Assembly (NCBI GenBank): GCA_018715935.1
Contig: DVKR01000017.1
Coordinates: 4,125 to 68,124, forward strand
Direction of reading: 5' to 3'
Length of the DNA stretch: 64,000 bases
DNA from: Candidatus Aphodovivens excrementavium
GTDB taxonomy: Bacteria; Actinomycetota; Coriobacteriia; Coriobacteriales; Eggerthellaceae
Shown: positions 8,544-16,957 of the stretch, piece by piece
Numbering within the stretch: the first letter of the stretch is position 1
Layout of the letters: every line of letters begins with the position of its first letter
Notes under the pieces: model-generated
The model's database searches: none
What the model was told of the DNA's origin: nothing
Seen by the model: the letters and a program-made list of their open reading frames with translations, nothing else
Position numbers and translations under genes: made by a program

Positions 8544-9035
8544 TTAGCGGTGGCGGTGACGCTGCATATCCCAGCAAGCGCCGCGTTCTTGCTGCGCGCT
8601 CATCGAGGGATCCTGCCTCCATTCTTCCAGCAGCTCACTGAGTAGCGAAACGAGCTGCTCGCGCTTTTCGGCGGGGAAGCTGCCGAAAAGACGGTCTTCG
8701 AGATCCGCCTTGAAGACCTCGCTTTCTCGGTAGAGAACCCGACCGCTTTCGGTGATGGTGACGATGATGCCGCGCTTGTCGTCCTCGTTCCTGCGACGCT
8801 CGATGCATCCGTTGCGCTCGAGCTTGCGAAGGATCTCGCTGAGAGATCCGGCTTTTACCGGCAGGTTCTTAAGAAGCTCGCGCTGGTCCATCTCTCCGTT
8901 TTCCGCTTCGGAAAGCATGCCCAAGATGCGAATCTGACCCGGGCGTTGACGGCCGTTCTGTGCCGAGGTGCCGCCAATCACTTTGTTGACCTTGTGGAAG
9001 AGCGTGATGAGGTCGTCGGTTTTTTCGAATGCCAC
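8544..9035 (-). CDS. MarR family transcriptional regulator
   Basis: The winged-helix core reads QIRILGMLSEAENGEMDQRELLKNLPVKAGSLSEILRKLERNGCIERRRNEDDKRGIIVTITESG. GTG at 9035 has GAAAGGA upstream. The longest ORF would start at 9062. Confidence 0.85.
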   Translation of the reverse strand: MAFEKTDDLITLFHKVNKVIGGTSAQNGRQRPGQIRILGMLSEAENGEMDQRELLKNLPVKAGSLSEILRKLERNGCIERRRNEDDKRGIIVTITESGRVLYRESEVFKADLEDRLFGSFPAEKREQLVSLLSELLEEWRQDPSMSAQQERGACWDMQRHRHR

Positions 9036-9101
9036 ACTGGTCCTTTCTTCTTGTCGCCTCACCTTCGGGTGCGCGTTCCGAAAGGCGGTGACAATTGTTT
9101 C

Positions 9102-9123
9102 GGTACCTAACTGTTAGGGTACC
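9102..9123. promoter_or_regulatory. Near-perfect inverted repeat GGTACCTAAC-TG-TTAGGGTACC, probable MarR operator
   Basis: Read directly. It lies in the divergent spacer between the MarR gene and the secreted hydrolase-like gene. Confidence 0.5.
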
Positions 9124-9396
9124 TAAAGTATAACGCCGCTCTCGACGCGGTCAAGACGTTATTTAGGCTACCTTATTAAAAACGCATGAGAGGCGAAGAA
9201 AGCGAGGGATGAACGCCTTGCGGATGAGGAAAAACGGGCGGAATCCGTCATAATAAACGCTAAAAACGCACCTTTACCTGGTGCTATGCGCATTTGGTGG
9301 GTGGGGCTTTGCTCAGTTTTGCCTCCCCTATAATGAGTAACGAAGGGGTTGCGCCTGCTTCCGGGCGGCGTAACTGTTCTATGAGACAGGCTCAAT

Positions 9397-10536
9397 ATGC
9401 AAGAAAACGCAGTTAAAACGCACCATGATCCTGCACGCAGCGCGCGACTTGCCGTCGCGGTGATGCTGGTAGCTTCCCTTGTCTGCACAAGCTCTTTTCC
9501 CGTGCTCGCTCAACCGCAGCGCGCGTTCGCCGTTACCGAGGAAACCGAGGCAGAACCAAACGAACTGCAACAGCGCGTCGAGCAGTCGGCTGTCGACTAT
9601 GATGCTGCCGTTGCGCGCGTAGGCGAGCTGGAACAGCAGATTTCCGATAATCAAGAAGAAATCGCCGCAATTGAAGAGCAGCTTCCCGAGCAGCAAGAGC
9701 GCGCCTCCGAGGCTTTGCGCGAGCAGTACAAACTGCAAAGGGAGGCGCCCGGCATCGTTGAGATGATCTTGGGGTCGGGTTCGCTCTCCGATTTTCTAAC
9801 CACCTGGGATTATTTCGCTCACATCCAAGACAGCAACTACGATGAAATAGAGCGTCTCGCGCAGATGAAGTCCGATCTGGAAAGCACCGAAGAAGAGCTT
9901 ACTGCGGCCATGGAGGAGGCGGTAGCCCAGCAGGACGCAGCCGAGCAGGCGCTGTCGGAAGCGCAGGCGGCGCGCGAAGAGGCACAGCGTCGCGCCGAAG
10001 AGGAAGCCGCACGTCAGGCTGCAGAAGCTACCGCTGCGCAAGATGAGCAGGAGTCCCAGGCGTCAGACGAGAGCACCGGCGACGCCTCGGGCGAGGAGGC
10101 TGTCGAGCAGGCTCCCGCCGAGGGGGAGTCTAGCGTCGAGGCTCCTTCTTCCGACGGTGCCGACTGGAGTTCCGATAAGGCCACATTCGTTTCCCAGTGG
10201 GCAGGTCGCATTGACGCCTACCTTGCAGGATCTCCCTTGGCGGGGCAGGGCACCACGTTCGCTTCGGCGGCATGGGACTATGGCGTAGATCCGCGCTGGT
10301 CGCCCGCCATTTCCTATACTGAAAGCTCTAAGGGGGCGGCATGCTTCCTTCCCCACAATGCATGGGGCTGGGGATCCTACAGCTGGGGAAGCTGGGAAGA
10401 GGCAATCGATGCCCACGTGCGCGGTTTGGCGCGCGGATACGGCTACACCATCAGCGTCGAAGCGGCGAAAAAATACTGTCCGCCCAATTGGCAGCACTGG
10501 TACGACGTTACCTTGGCCCAGATGAACTTGATCTAG
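9397..10536 (+). CDS. Secreted coiled-coil protein with a C-terminal lysozyme/glucosaminidase-like domain (putative peptidoglycan hydrolase)
   Basis: Signal-like N-terminus (LAVAVMLVASLVCTSSFPVLAQP), then a long E/Q/A-rich coiled coil. The C-terminus reads AISYTESSKGAACFLPHNAWGWG, the ES..G...N..G pattern of muramidase-like folds. The architecture resembles PcsB-type hydrolases. Confidence 0.6.
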   Translation: MQENAVKTHHDPARSARLAVAVMLVASLVCTSSFPVLAQPQRAFAVTEETEAEPNELQQRVEQSAVDYDAAVARVGELEQQISDNQEEIAAIEEQLPEQQERASEALREQYKLQREAPGIVEMILGSGSLSDFLTTWDYFAHIQDSNYDEIERLAQMKSDLESTEEELTAAMEEAVAQQDAAEQALSEAQAAREEAQRRAEEEAARQAAEATAAQDEQESQASDESTGDASGEEAVEQAPAEGESSVEAPSSDGADWSSDKATFVSQWAGRIDAYLAGSPLAGQGTTFASAAWDYGVDPRWSPAISYTESSKGAACFLPHNAWGWGSYSWGSWEEAIDAHVRGLARGYGYTISVEAAKKYCPPNWQHWYDVTLAQMNLI

Positions 10537-10630
10537 GCAAAAGGCCTTCTGAACTGCTGAGTGCGCAAAACGCCGAAAACGACAGCCATCGAAAACGAAA
10601 AGCACCGAAGCCGATCGCTCCTTTTCGGCT

Positions 10631-11029
10631 CTAACCCGCGAGATCTTTTAGCGTGATGCCTGATAGGTACGTTTCGGTTAGGTCGGAAAGATCTTTCCAT
10701 AGTTGCCGCGTTGGGCAGTCTTTGTGCCTGTTGCAGCTTTCAGGCTCCAAACTGCAGTCGACGAGACTTAAGCTTCCCTCCGTTGCGCGCATAACGTCCG
10801 CTGCGGTGATCTCGGATGGATCTCGCGTCAGCCGGTAGCCCCCCGAAAAGCCGCGCGTTGCCCTAACAAGGCCATGGGCGCTCAGCAACGCCACGATCTG
10901 CTCTAGGTACTTCTTCGAGAGGTCTTGACGTTTGGCGACGTCTTTGAGGGTGACGGGATCTTCACCCCAGTGGCTCGCCAAATCGACCATGAAGCGCATG
11001 CCGTAGCGAGTCTTTGTCGACAGCTTCAT
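10631..11029 (-). CDS. Rrf2 family transcriptional regulator with a three-Cys cluster motif
   Basis: MKLSTKTRYGMRFMVDLA...VTLKDVAKRQDLSKKYLEQIVALL..GLV.ATRG..GGY.L, followed by C-x7-C-x5-C (VDCSLEPESCNRHKDCP). The upstream extension of the 170-aa ORF is not protein-like. Confidence 0.85.
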   Translation of the reverse strand: MKLSTKTRYGMRFMVDLASHWGEDPVTLKDVAKRQDLSKKYLEQIVALLSAHGLVRATRGFSGGYRLTRDPSEITAADVMRATEGSLSLVDCSLEPESCNRHKDCPTRQLWKDLSDLTETYLSGITLKDLAG

Positions 11030-11305
11030 GCGAGTTACCCCCCCCCCCTCGCTGCGAAGGGGGTTTCTTAAGAGCCCTTGAATCCATGTTGCCCCCGATC
11101 TGCTTGCATAAGAGCGATTTAAGGTTGCTCTTATTTTACGCACATTTGAAAGCGCTGGGCGGTTCGTATTGTTTTACGGCGGGAATAAGCCGCTACGAAA
11201 CAAAGCGTCTTGCATTTTTGGGAAAGCGCGCTCAAGAAGGTGGCGTGGAGCATATTGAGCTTGCTCTGATTTGCATTGTGTCATGCGTCACGTTACAATT
11301 GACAT

Positions 11306-11587
11306 ATGATACGTTCATTCGCCGACAAAGAGACAGAGCGCTTGTTTTGCGACGGGGTGTCGAAAAGGCTGCCTCCGGATGTTGTTGCGCGCGCTTTGCG
11401 GAAGCTCGACATGATCGATTCCGCGTATCGTCCGGAGGATCTTCGCGTTCCGCCGGGGAATAGGCTTCACGTTCTCAAAGGGGACAGGGAAGGCTTTTAT
11501 GCCATCTCGGTCAATGCCCAATGGCGGATTTGCTTTCGGTTCGAAGGCGAGGACGCATTCGACGTCGAGATATGCGACTACCACTAG
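11306..11587 (+). CDS. higB: HigB-type toxin (plasmid maintenance system killer family)
   Basis: MIRSFADKETERLF......LPPDVVARALRKLDMIDSA....DLRVPPGNRLHVLKGDREGFYAISVNAQWRICFRFEG.DAFDVEICDYH matches the HigB_toxin family pattern. Confidence 0.85.
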   Translation: MIRSFADKETERLFCDGVSKRLPPDVVARALRKLDMIDSAYRPEDLRVPPGNRLHVLKGDREGFYAISVNAQWRICFRFEGEDAFDVEICDYH

Positions 11588-11598
11588 GGAGGTGGAGT

Positions 11599-11916
11599 AT
11601 GGGTGCAGATGATATGATGCTCATTTCCCGAAAGCCCACGCATCCGGGCGAGATGCTGAGGGAAGAGTTCTTTCCCGAGTTCGGGCTGACTGTCGCGCAA
11701 GCTGCCAGCGCTTTGCGTGTATCCCGACAGTCAGTGAACGAATTGTTGCGCGAGCGTCGCGGCGTGAGTGCCGATATGGCGATGCGTCTTGCTCGCCTGT
11801 TCGGAACGTCCCCGCAGTATTGGCTCAATATGCAGCGCAACGTGGATCTATGGAACGCCCTCGAGCTGCATAGAGGCGAATTCGAGGACATCCAGCCTAT
11901 AGCTGCGGCGATGTAG
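11599..11916 (+). CDS. higA: HigA-type HTH antitoxin
   Basis: ATG at 11599 follows GGAGGTGGAG. HPGEMLREEFFPEFGLTVAQAASALRVSRQSVNELLRERRGVSADMAMRLARLFGTSPQYWLNMQ is the classic HigA/VapI pattern. Confidence 0.85.
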   Translation: MGADDMMLISRKPTHPGEMLREEFFPEFGLTVAQAASALRVSRQSVNELLRERRGVSADMAMRLARLFGTSPQYWLNMQRNVDLWNALELHRGEFEDIQPIAAAM

Positions 11917-11966
11917 GACGGTACCGACTGCGTCGGCAGGTTCGTCATGTCAAAGAAGTGGCTTTC

Positions 11967-12013
11967 GCGCTTCTTCTGTACCGGAAGGCAAGCGCCCGCC
12001 TGTATGGTGAATC
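11967..12013. repeat. 47-bp direct repeat, copy A (left flank of the vapBC cassette)
   Basis: gcgcttcttctgtaccggaaggcaagcgcccgcctgtatggtgaatc matches 12895-12941 with 3 mismatches. The first 29 nt can fold as a hairpin (gcgcttcttc / gaag..aagcgc). Confidence 0.8.
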
Positions 12014-12059
12014 TAATATTCCGGCAGGATTGATGCGCGGAGACCTTATACGCTGTGCG

Positions 12060-12467
12060 CTACAGGCTCGCTTCTGTCCAGTCCTCAAGAGCCAGGCCGG
12101 AAATGCGTTTGAACTCTCGGACGTTGTGAGTAACAAGCGTCGCGCCATGGGAGAGCGCGATTGACGCGATAAGCAGGTCGTTGCCGCCGATGATGCTTCC
12201 CTGGCGCTCGAGCGCCGCTCGTGTTGTCCCGTAAATACGCGCTGCCGTCGAGTCGAAAGGGAGGATCTCGAAAGGGGCGAGAAACTCTTCGACCACAAGC
12301 CGTGAACGCTGTGGATCGCGGCTCTTCTCCGCGCCAACGTGCAGTTCCGCTTCAACGATGGCGGGTATCTTGAACAGGCGCGGGTCGGTTCTCTTCATAA
12401 GGGCGTAAGCGTAGGGGAGCTTTCCGCGAAGAAAATCGATGCATATGCAGGTGTCGAGCGCGTACAT
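12060..12467 (-). CDS. vapC: PIN-domain toxin VapC
   Basis: MYALDTCICIDFLRG...EAELHVGAEKS........FLAPFEILPFD..AA..YG.....ER.G..IG.NDLLIASIAL..GATLVTHNVREF shows the PIN acidic residues in order. Confidence 0.85.
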   Translation of the reverse strand: MYALDTCICIDFLRGKLPYAYALMKRTDPRLFKIPAIVEAELHVGAEKSRDPQRSRLVVEEFLAPFEILPFDSTAARIYGTTRAALERQGSIIGGNDLLIASIALSHGATLVTHNVREFKRISGLALEDWTEASL

Positions 12468-12475
12468 GGCGCGCC

Positions 12476-12712
12476 TCAGTTGAGAGCGGGGATGGGGTTG
12501 CTGTTAAACGGTTCGTCGGGCGGTTCGACGAATGTATCGTCTTCGCCAAGCGCGCCGTACAGCGAGAAGAACGATGTCGGCCACGTGCTTTGCGCACTGC
12601 TGTCGCGCAGCGCCTTTGCTACGTAGCGAGAAATGGTCATCCCCTGCTCGCTTGCCTTCGCACGCACCTCGTTCATCTCTTGGTCGTTCATATACAGGCT
12701 GATCTGTCCCAT
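12476..12712 (-). CDS. vapB: VapB-type (RHH-like) antitoxin
   Basis: 78 aa, MGQISLYMNDQEMNEVRAKASEQGMTISRYVAKALRD... It ends 8 nt before the vapC ATG. The longer ORF extension to 12919 is not protein-like. Confidence 0.7.
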   Translation of the reverse strand: MGQISLYMNDQEMNEVRAKASEQGMTISRYVAKALRDSSAQSTWPTSFFSLYGALGEDDTFVEPPDEPFNSNPIPALN

Positions 12713-12894
12713 AGCCGCTCCTCTGCTTATAAAGTATACTTGTAAGTATACTTGAATTGAGAAAGCGGTACAACAGCGGATCGTAGATCGCCCCCGATCT
12801 GCATGGGAGCGAGTTAGACGACTCCAGCCCGCAGTTGCAGTGTTGCGGGACGGAAACGGTGCGGCGAAGGGCACGCTAGGCTTAAGAGCGGTTT

Positions 12895-12941
12895 GCGCTT
12901 CTTCTGTACCGGAAGGCAAGCGCCTGCCCGTATGGCGAATG
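12895..12941. repeat. 47-bp direct repeat, copy B (right flank of the vapBC cassette, in the metG upstream region)
   Basis: gcgcttcttctgtaccggaaggcaagcgcctgcccgtatggcgaatg. See copy A. Confidence 0.8.
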
Positions 12942-13057
12942 CACGCCCGGCTGCCGTGCTACAATGAAACGCTGTCTGTGATTCGCACGGCGCTGGGCGC
13001 CGACGGTTCTGCCAAGGGTTCCATTCGCCTGAGGCGGGAGAGGAGTTTCTAAGCACC

Positions 13058-14635
13058 ATGTCCAAGGGAACCTATTCCATCACCACCCCCATCTACTACG
13101 TGAACGCGGCGCCGCACCTGGGCACCGCCTACACCACGGTGGCCGCCGACACGGTTGCGCGCTACCAGCGCATGAACGGCTACGATGTGGCGTTTGTCAC
13201 CGGAATGGACGAGCACGGCCAGAAGGTCGCCGACACTGCCGAAGCCAAGGGCATGCAGCCTCAGGAGTGGTGCGATTCGATGGAGCCCGCATTCCGCGAT
13301 GCCTGGAAGATGCTCGACATCACCTACACCGACTTCGTGCGCACCACCGAGCCGCGCCAGGCGCGTACCGTGCAGAAGTTCTGGCAGGCCATCTACGACA
13401 AGGGCTACTGCTATAAGGGCAGCTACGAGGGCTGGTATTGCGTGCACGAGGAAACGTACTACGCCGAAAGCGACCTAGAGAAGAACGAAGACGGTGTCTA
13501 CGTGTGCCCCGACTGCAAGCGCCCCGTGCAGAAGTCGGGCGGCGAGGAGAACTGGTTTTTCAAGCTCTCCGAGTTCCAGCAGCCGCTGCTGAAGTTCTAC
13601 GAGGAACACCCCGACTTTATCCGCCCCGAAACGCGCCGCAACGAAATCGTGACCTTTGTGGAAGGCGGTCTGAAGGATCTCTCCATTAGCCGCTCCACCT
13701 TCGACTGGGGCATCCCGCTTCCGTTCGACGAGGGGCATGTGGCATACGTGTGGGCCGACGCGCTTTTGGCCTACCTCACGGGCATCGGCTACGGCGATGA
13801 GGGCGACCGCGCCGGCGAGTTCGAACGCCGCTGGCCCATGCAATACCACTTCGTAGGCAAAGACATCACGCGCTTCCACTGCGTCATTTGGCCGGCGATG
13901 CTGATGGCTGCCGGCCTGCCCGTCACGCACACGGTGTTCGGCCACGGCTTTTTGCTCACCAAGGGCGAGAAGATGTCGAAGTCCAAGGGCAACGGCATCA
14001 TGCCCGCCGACCTCGTGAAGATCTTCGGCGTGGATGCCTACCGCTATTACTTCATGAGCGACGTGCAGTTCGGTCATGACGGCAACATTTCCATGGAGCG
14101 CATGGTGCAGGTGTATAACGCCGATTTGGCGAACACCTGGGGCAACCTGTGCAGCCGCGTGTTTAACATGACGAAAAAGTACTTCGACTCCAAGGTTCCC
14201 GAGGTGCCCGCCGATCTGTGCGATGCGGAAAACCCCCTGCGCACGGCGGTTGAAGGGCTGTATGCCACCTACGACGCCTGCATGGAGAAGGTCGATTTCA
14301 CGGGTGCCGCTGCAGCGGTTCGCTCGGTTGCCGAGGCGGCAAACCTCTATGTCGAGGAAAGCGCGCCGTGGGCTCTGGCCAAAGACGAGGCCAAGGCCGG
14401 CGAGCTTGCGTTTGTTATGTACAACCTTTTGGAGTGCATTCGCGTGATTGCGCTCTACATGGCGCCGTTCACGCCTCACGTGTCCGACGAGGTGCTGCGC
14501 CGCATCTCGCTGGCGCCCGCCGAGGACGTGGCTGATATCGAGGCGGCAACCGCATGGGGGCTTCTTCCTGCCGGCAATGCCGTTGAAGTGGGCGACCCGC
14601 TGTTCCCTCGCTTGGATGAGGTTCCGACGGCCTAA
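13058..14635 (+). CDS. metG: Methionine--tRNA ligase
   Basis: ITTPIYYVNAAPHLGTAYTTVAADTVARY (HIGH-type motif), KMSKSKGN, and an anticodon-binding C-terminal half. Confidence 0.95.
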   Translation: MSKGTYSITTPIYYVNAAPHLGTAYTTVAADTVARYQRMNGYDVAFVTGMDEHGQKVADTAEAKGMQPQEWCDSMEPAFRDAWKMLDITYTDFVRTTEPRQARTVQKFWQAIYDKGYCYKGSYEGWYCVHEETYYAESDLEKNEDGVYVCPDCKRPVQKSGGEENWFFKLSEFQQPLLKFYEEHPDFIRPETRRNEIVTFVEGGLKDLSISRSTFDWGIPLPFDEGHVAYVWADALLAYLTGIGYGDEGDRAGEFERRWPMQYHFVGKDITRFHCVIWPAMLMAAGLPVTHTVFGHGFLLTKGEKMSKSKGNGIMPADLVKIFGVDAYRYYFMSDVQFGHDGNISMERMVQVYNADLANTWGNLCSRVFNMTKKYFDSKVPEVPADLCDAENPLRTAVEGLYATYDACMEKVDFTGAAAAVRSVAEAANLYVEESAPWALAKDEAKAGELAFVMYNLLECIRVIALYMAPFTPHVSDEVLRRISLAPAEDVADIEAATAWGLLPAGNAVEVGDPLFPRLDEVPTA

Positions 14636-14787
14636 CGGCCATCGGAACCGGCCGACGCTGCGCGGAATTCTGACGGACCAGCTGACGCTCCAAGCCCTCG
14701 TCGCGACCCAGAGGTCGCTTCCTCGGGCTTTCACGCCATCTGATCTCGTCAGAATCCCGCTCGCTGACGTTACGAACGAGATGGGAT

Positions 14788-15882
14788 GTGCAAATGCCGG
14801 TAACGGAAAGGAAGCGACAAACCGTGTCAAACGAAAAGCGCGAGCGCGAGGAAGAGCCGCTGTTCTTCGACGCGTTGTTCCATCAGAAGCGCAAGAAGGG
14901 GCAATGGTGCATTGTGGATGCGCCGTATCTTGAGGCTCCCGTTGCCGACACGCACTGCCATGTGCACCTGCTGCAAGACCCCTCGCTTTCGTTGGCACGA
15001 GCCGGGGCGAACAACGTGGAGTTCCTCTGCGATATCGTCGACGTTTACGAGGACGGCGCTGCGCCTTTCGAAAAGATGGAAGGCTGGGCTTTGCAGGGAT
15101 CGTTCAAGATCAGGCAGATCGCTCGAGGGGGGTGTTGAGGCTCCCCCTCCCCGCGCGTGCCGCGGGTCCGGTTTGCAGTGGGCTGCCATCCCCACAACGC
15201 AAAGCACTACGACGACGCTCTGGAACAAAGGCTGAAAGACCAGCTGGCAGATCCTCGCGTGTCGGCGGTAGGAGAGATAGGGCTTGACTACCATTACGAC
15301 TTCTCTCCGCGCGACGTCCAGCAGACGGTTTTTCGCCGCCAGCTCCGTGTAGCGCACGAGGCCGGGTTGCCTGTCGTGCTCCATATTCGCGAAGCACACG
15401 ACGACGCGTTTCGCATCCTGCAGGAGGAGGGTTTTCCTCAGGCGGGGACGCTGTTACACTGCTTCAATCTCGACTGGGCTGAGCTGGAGCGCTGGGTGGA
15501 AGCCGGCTGCCATGTGGCGTTTGGCGGGTCGGTAACGTTCAAGCACGCCGATGAAGTGCGTGACGCTGCGGCGCGTGTTCCCGAGAGGACGCTGCTCACC
15601 GAGACCGACGCGCCCTACATGACGCCAGAGCCGTTGCGTGGCACGACGTGTGGGCCGGAGCACGTGGTGTTCACGGCGGAAAGGCTGTGTGAAGTGCGTG
15701 GTGTTCCCTATGGGGAGAAGCGCGAGAGCTTTTTGCGCACGTTGCTCGATAACGCGTATGCGTTGCTGGATCGCAAGCCTACGGAGTGGCAGCAACAGCG
15801 AGCTCAATCGCTCGGCATTAAGGAGCTTTCACCCGCCGAACGGGCGCGAGCAGCGGTTGCGCAGTGGCGATCTGCCAAATGA
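14788..15882 (+). pseudogene. tatD: TatD family metal-dependent hydrolase interrupted by an in-frame TGA (15136-15138)
   Basis: The N-terminal piece 14788-15138 carries ADTHCHVH. The C-terminal piece 15157-15882, in the same frame, carries AVGCHPH, GEIGLDYHYD, VLHIREA, LLHCF and TETDAPYM. Reading across gives ..ARGGC*GSPSPRVPRVRFAVGCHPH. The N-terminal start is uncertain (GTG 14788, ATG 14794 or GTG 14914). Confidence 0.8.
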
Positions 15883-15976
15883 CGCGCATGCTCGTTTGGT
15901 TTGGGGACGCGTTTGCCTAGTTCCGCAGGCGCAACTCGCTCTGGTGCGGCATGATTTCAGACAGAAAGGATAGTCA

Positions 15977-16957
15977 GTGAATCGGGTGATAGTGGTTGGG
16001 TCGCCTCGGGTTAACGGCCGTAGCGCCGCCCTTGCCGACGAACTGTTGTATGCGTGTATCGAGGAATGCCCCGATGACGTGGTGTCTATCGTGTCGGTTG
16101 CCAGCACAGACATCCGCCCCTGTACGGGGTGCGACGCATGCGCGGGCGCTCTCGATGAGCCGTTGGAGCTTCCCGAAGAGGGGGATCCTCTCTACCCGCA
16201 TCCTGCGCTTGCGGAAAGCGATGCGGCGTTGCACCGCTGCGTTATCGAAGACGACATGCCTGAAGTGCGCAAACACCTGGATGCGGCTGACGAGCTCATC
16301 GTGGTTTCCCCTGTGTACTTTGCCGGCGCTCCCGCTCAATTTAAATGCCTGCTTGACCGCCTTCAGCCCTATTTCCGCTCTGATGTGCGCACGCGCGTGA
16401 AGCGCCCCTTGATCTTGCATGTGGTAGGAGAGGGCGGCGACCCTCACGGCTACGACCCGCTGGTGGGAACGGTGATGTCGGCGTTTTCGGTTGCCGGGTT
16501 CCAGCTGGAGTCTATCTTCGACTGGGTGGGAAAGATATCGGCGGAAGGAGAGATTCTGGGCGATCCGGAGGAATACGCGCTTGCAGCGAACGAGCCCGCC
16601 GATCCCCCCGAGTCCGCTGAGCCCGTAGAGCCCGTAGAACCCGTAGAGTCCGTAGGGCCCGCCGAGAAGCCCCGACTGTCTTTGTCCCAGCCACCACGCC
16701 AAAGGTGCGCGGCAAATGGCACGTCGTCTGGTGGTAAGCGATCCGGCAATGGCAGCAGCAGCGGCAGCCGTGCCAGAAAGCAGCCCGGTGCGGGCAAGCC
16801 GTCCGGTCGCAGTGGCGGCCATGACGGTAGGCGATTCGGCGCCGGCAAACCCGCAGGTCGCGGCGGAAAGCCTGGCGGACGAGCCGGCAAGCCTTCTGGT
16901 CGTGCCGGAAAGCCTTCCGGTCGCGGCGGCGCGCGCAAGGGAGGACGCCGTGGATAG
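15977..16957 (+). CDS. Flavodoxin-like/NADPH-dependent FMN reductase-type protein with a long Gly/Lys/Arg/Pro repeat tail
   Basis: The N-terminal ~190 aa read VIVVGSPRVNGRSAALADELL...IRPCTGCDACAG...LIVVSPVYFAGAPAQFKCLLDRL and are paralogous to 61050-61583. Then come EPVEPVEPVESVGP and (GKPxGR)n repeats up to the stop. RBS AAAGGA precedes GTG 15977. Confidence 0.75.
   Translation: MNRVIVVGSPRVNGRSAALADELLYACIEECPDDVVSIVSVASTDIRPCTGCDACAGALDEPLELPEEGDPLYPHPALAESDAALHRCVIEDDMPEVRKHLDAADELIVVSPVYFAGAPAQFKCLLDRLQPYFRSDVRTRVKRPLILHVVGEGGDPHGYDPLVGTVMSAFSVAGFQLESIFDWVGKISAEGEILGDPEEYALAANEPADPPESAEPVEPVEPVESVGPAEKPRLSLSQPPRQRCAANGTSSGGKRSGNGSSSGSRARKQPGAGKPSGRSGGHDGRRFGAGKPAGRGGKPGGRAGKPSGRAGKPSGRGGARKGGRRG

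Noticed and set aside
9180-9396. c-di-AMP (ydaO) riboswitch upstream of the secreted hydrolase-like gene, as seen for actinobacterial cell-wall hydrolases.
   Set aside because: None of the conserved ydaO blocks I recall could be matched by eye. This cannot be excluded without a covariance-model scan.
13475-14998. 507-aa ORF antisense to metG. Similar long antisense ORFs occur at 15974-17341, 16512-17933, 37006-38295, 42754-44307, 49827-51287, 51369-52694, 54861-56087, 60645-61793 and 61399-62559.
   Set aside because: Each lies opposite a gene with unmistakable family motifs. Each has Arg/Ala/Gly/Pro-rich, motif-free translations typical of shadow ORFs in GC-rich DNA.
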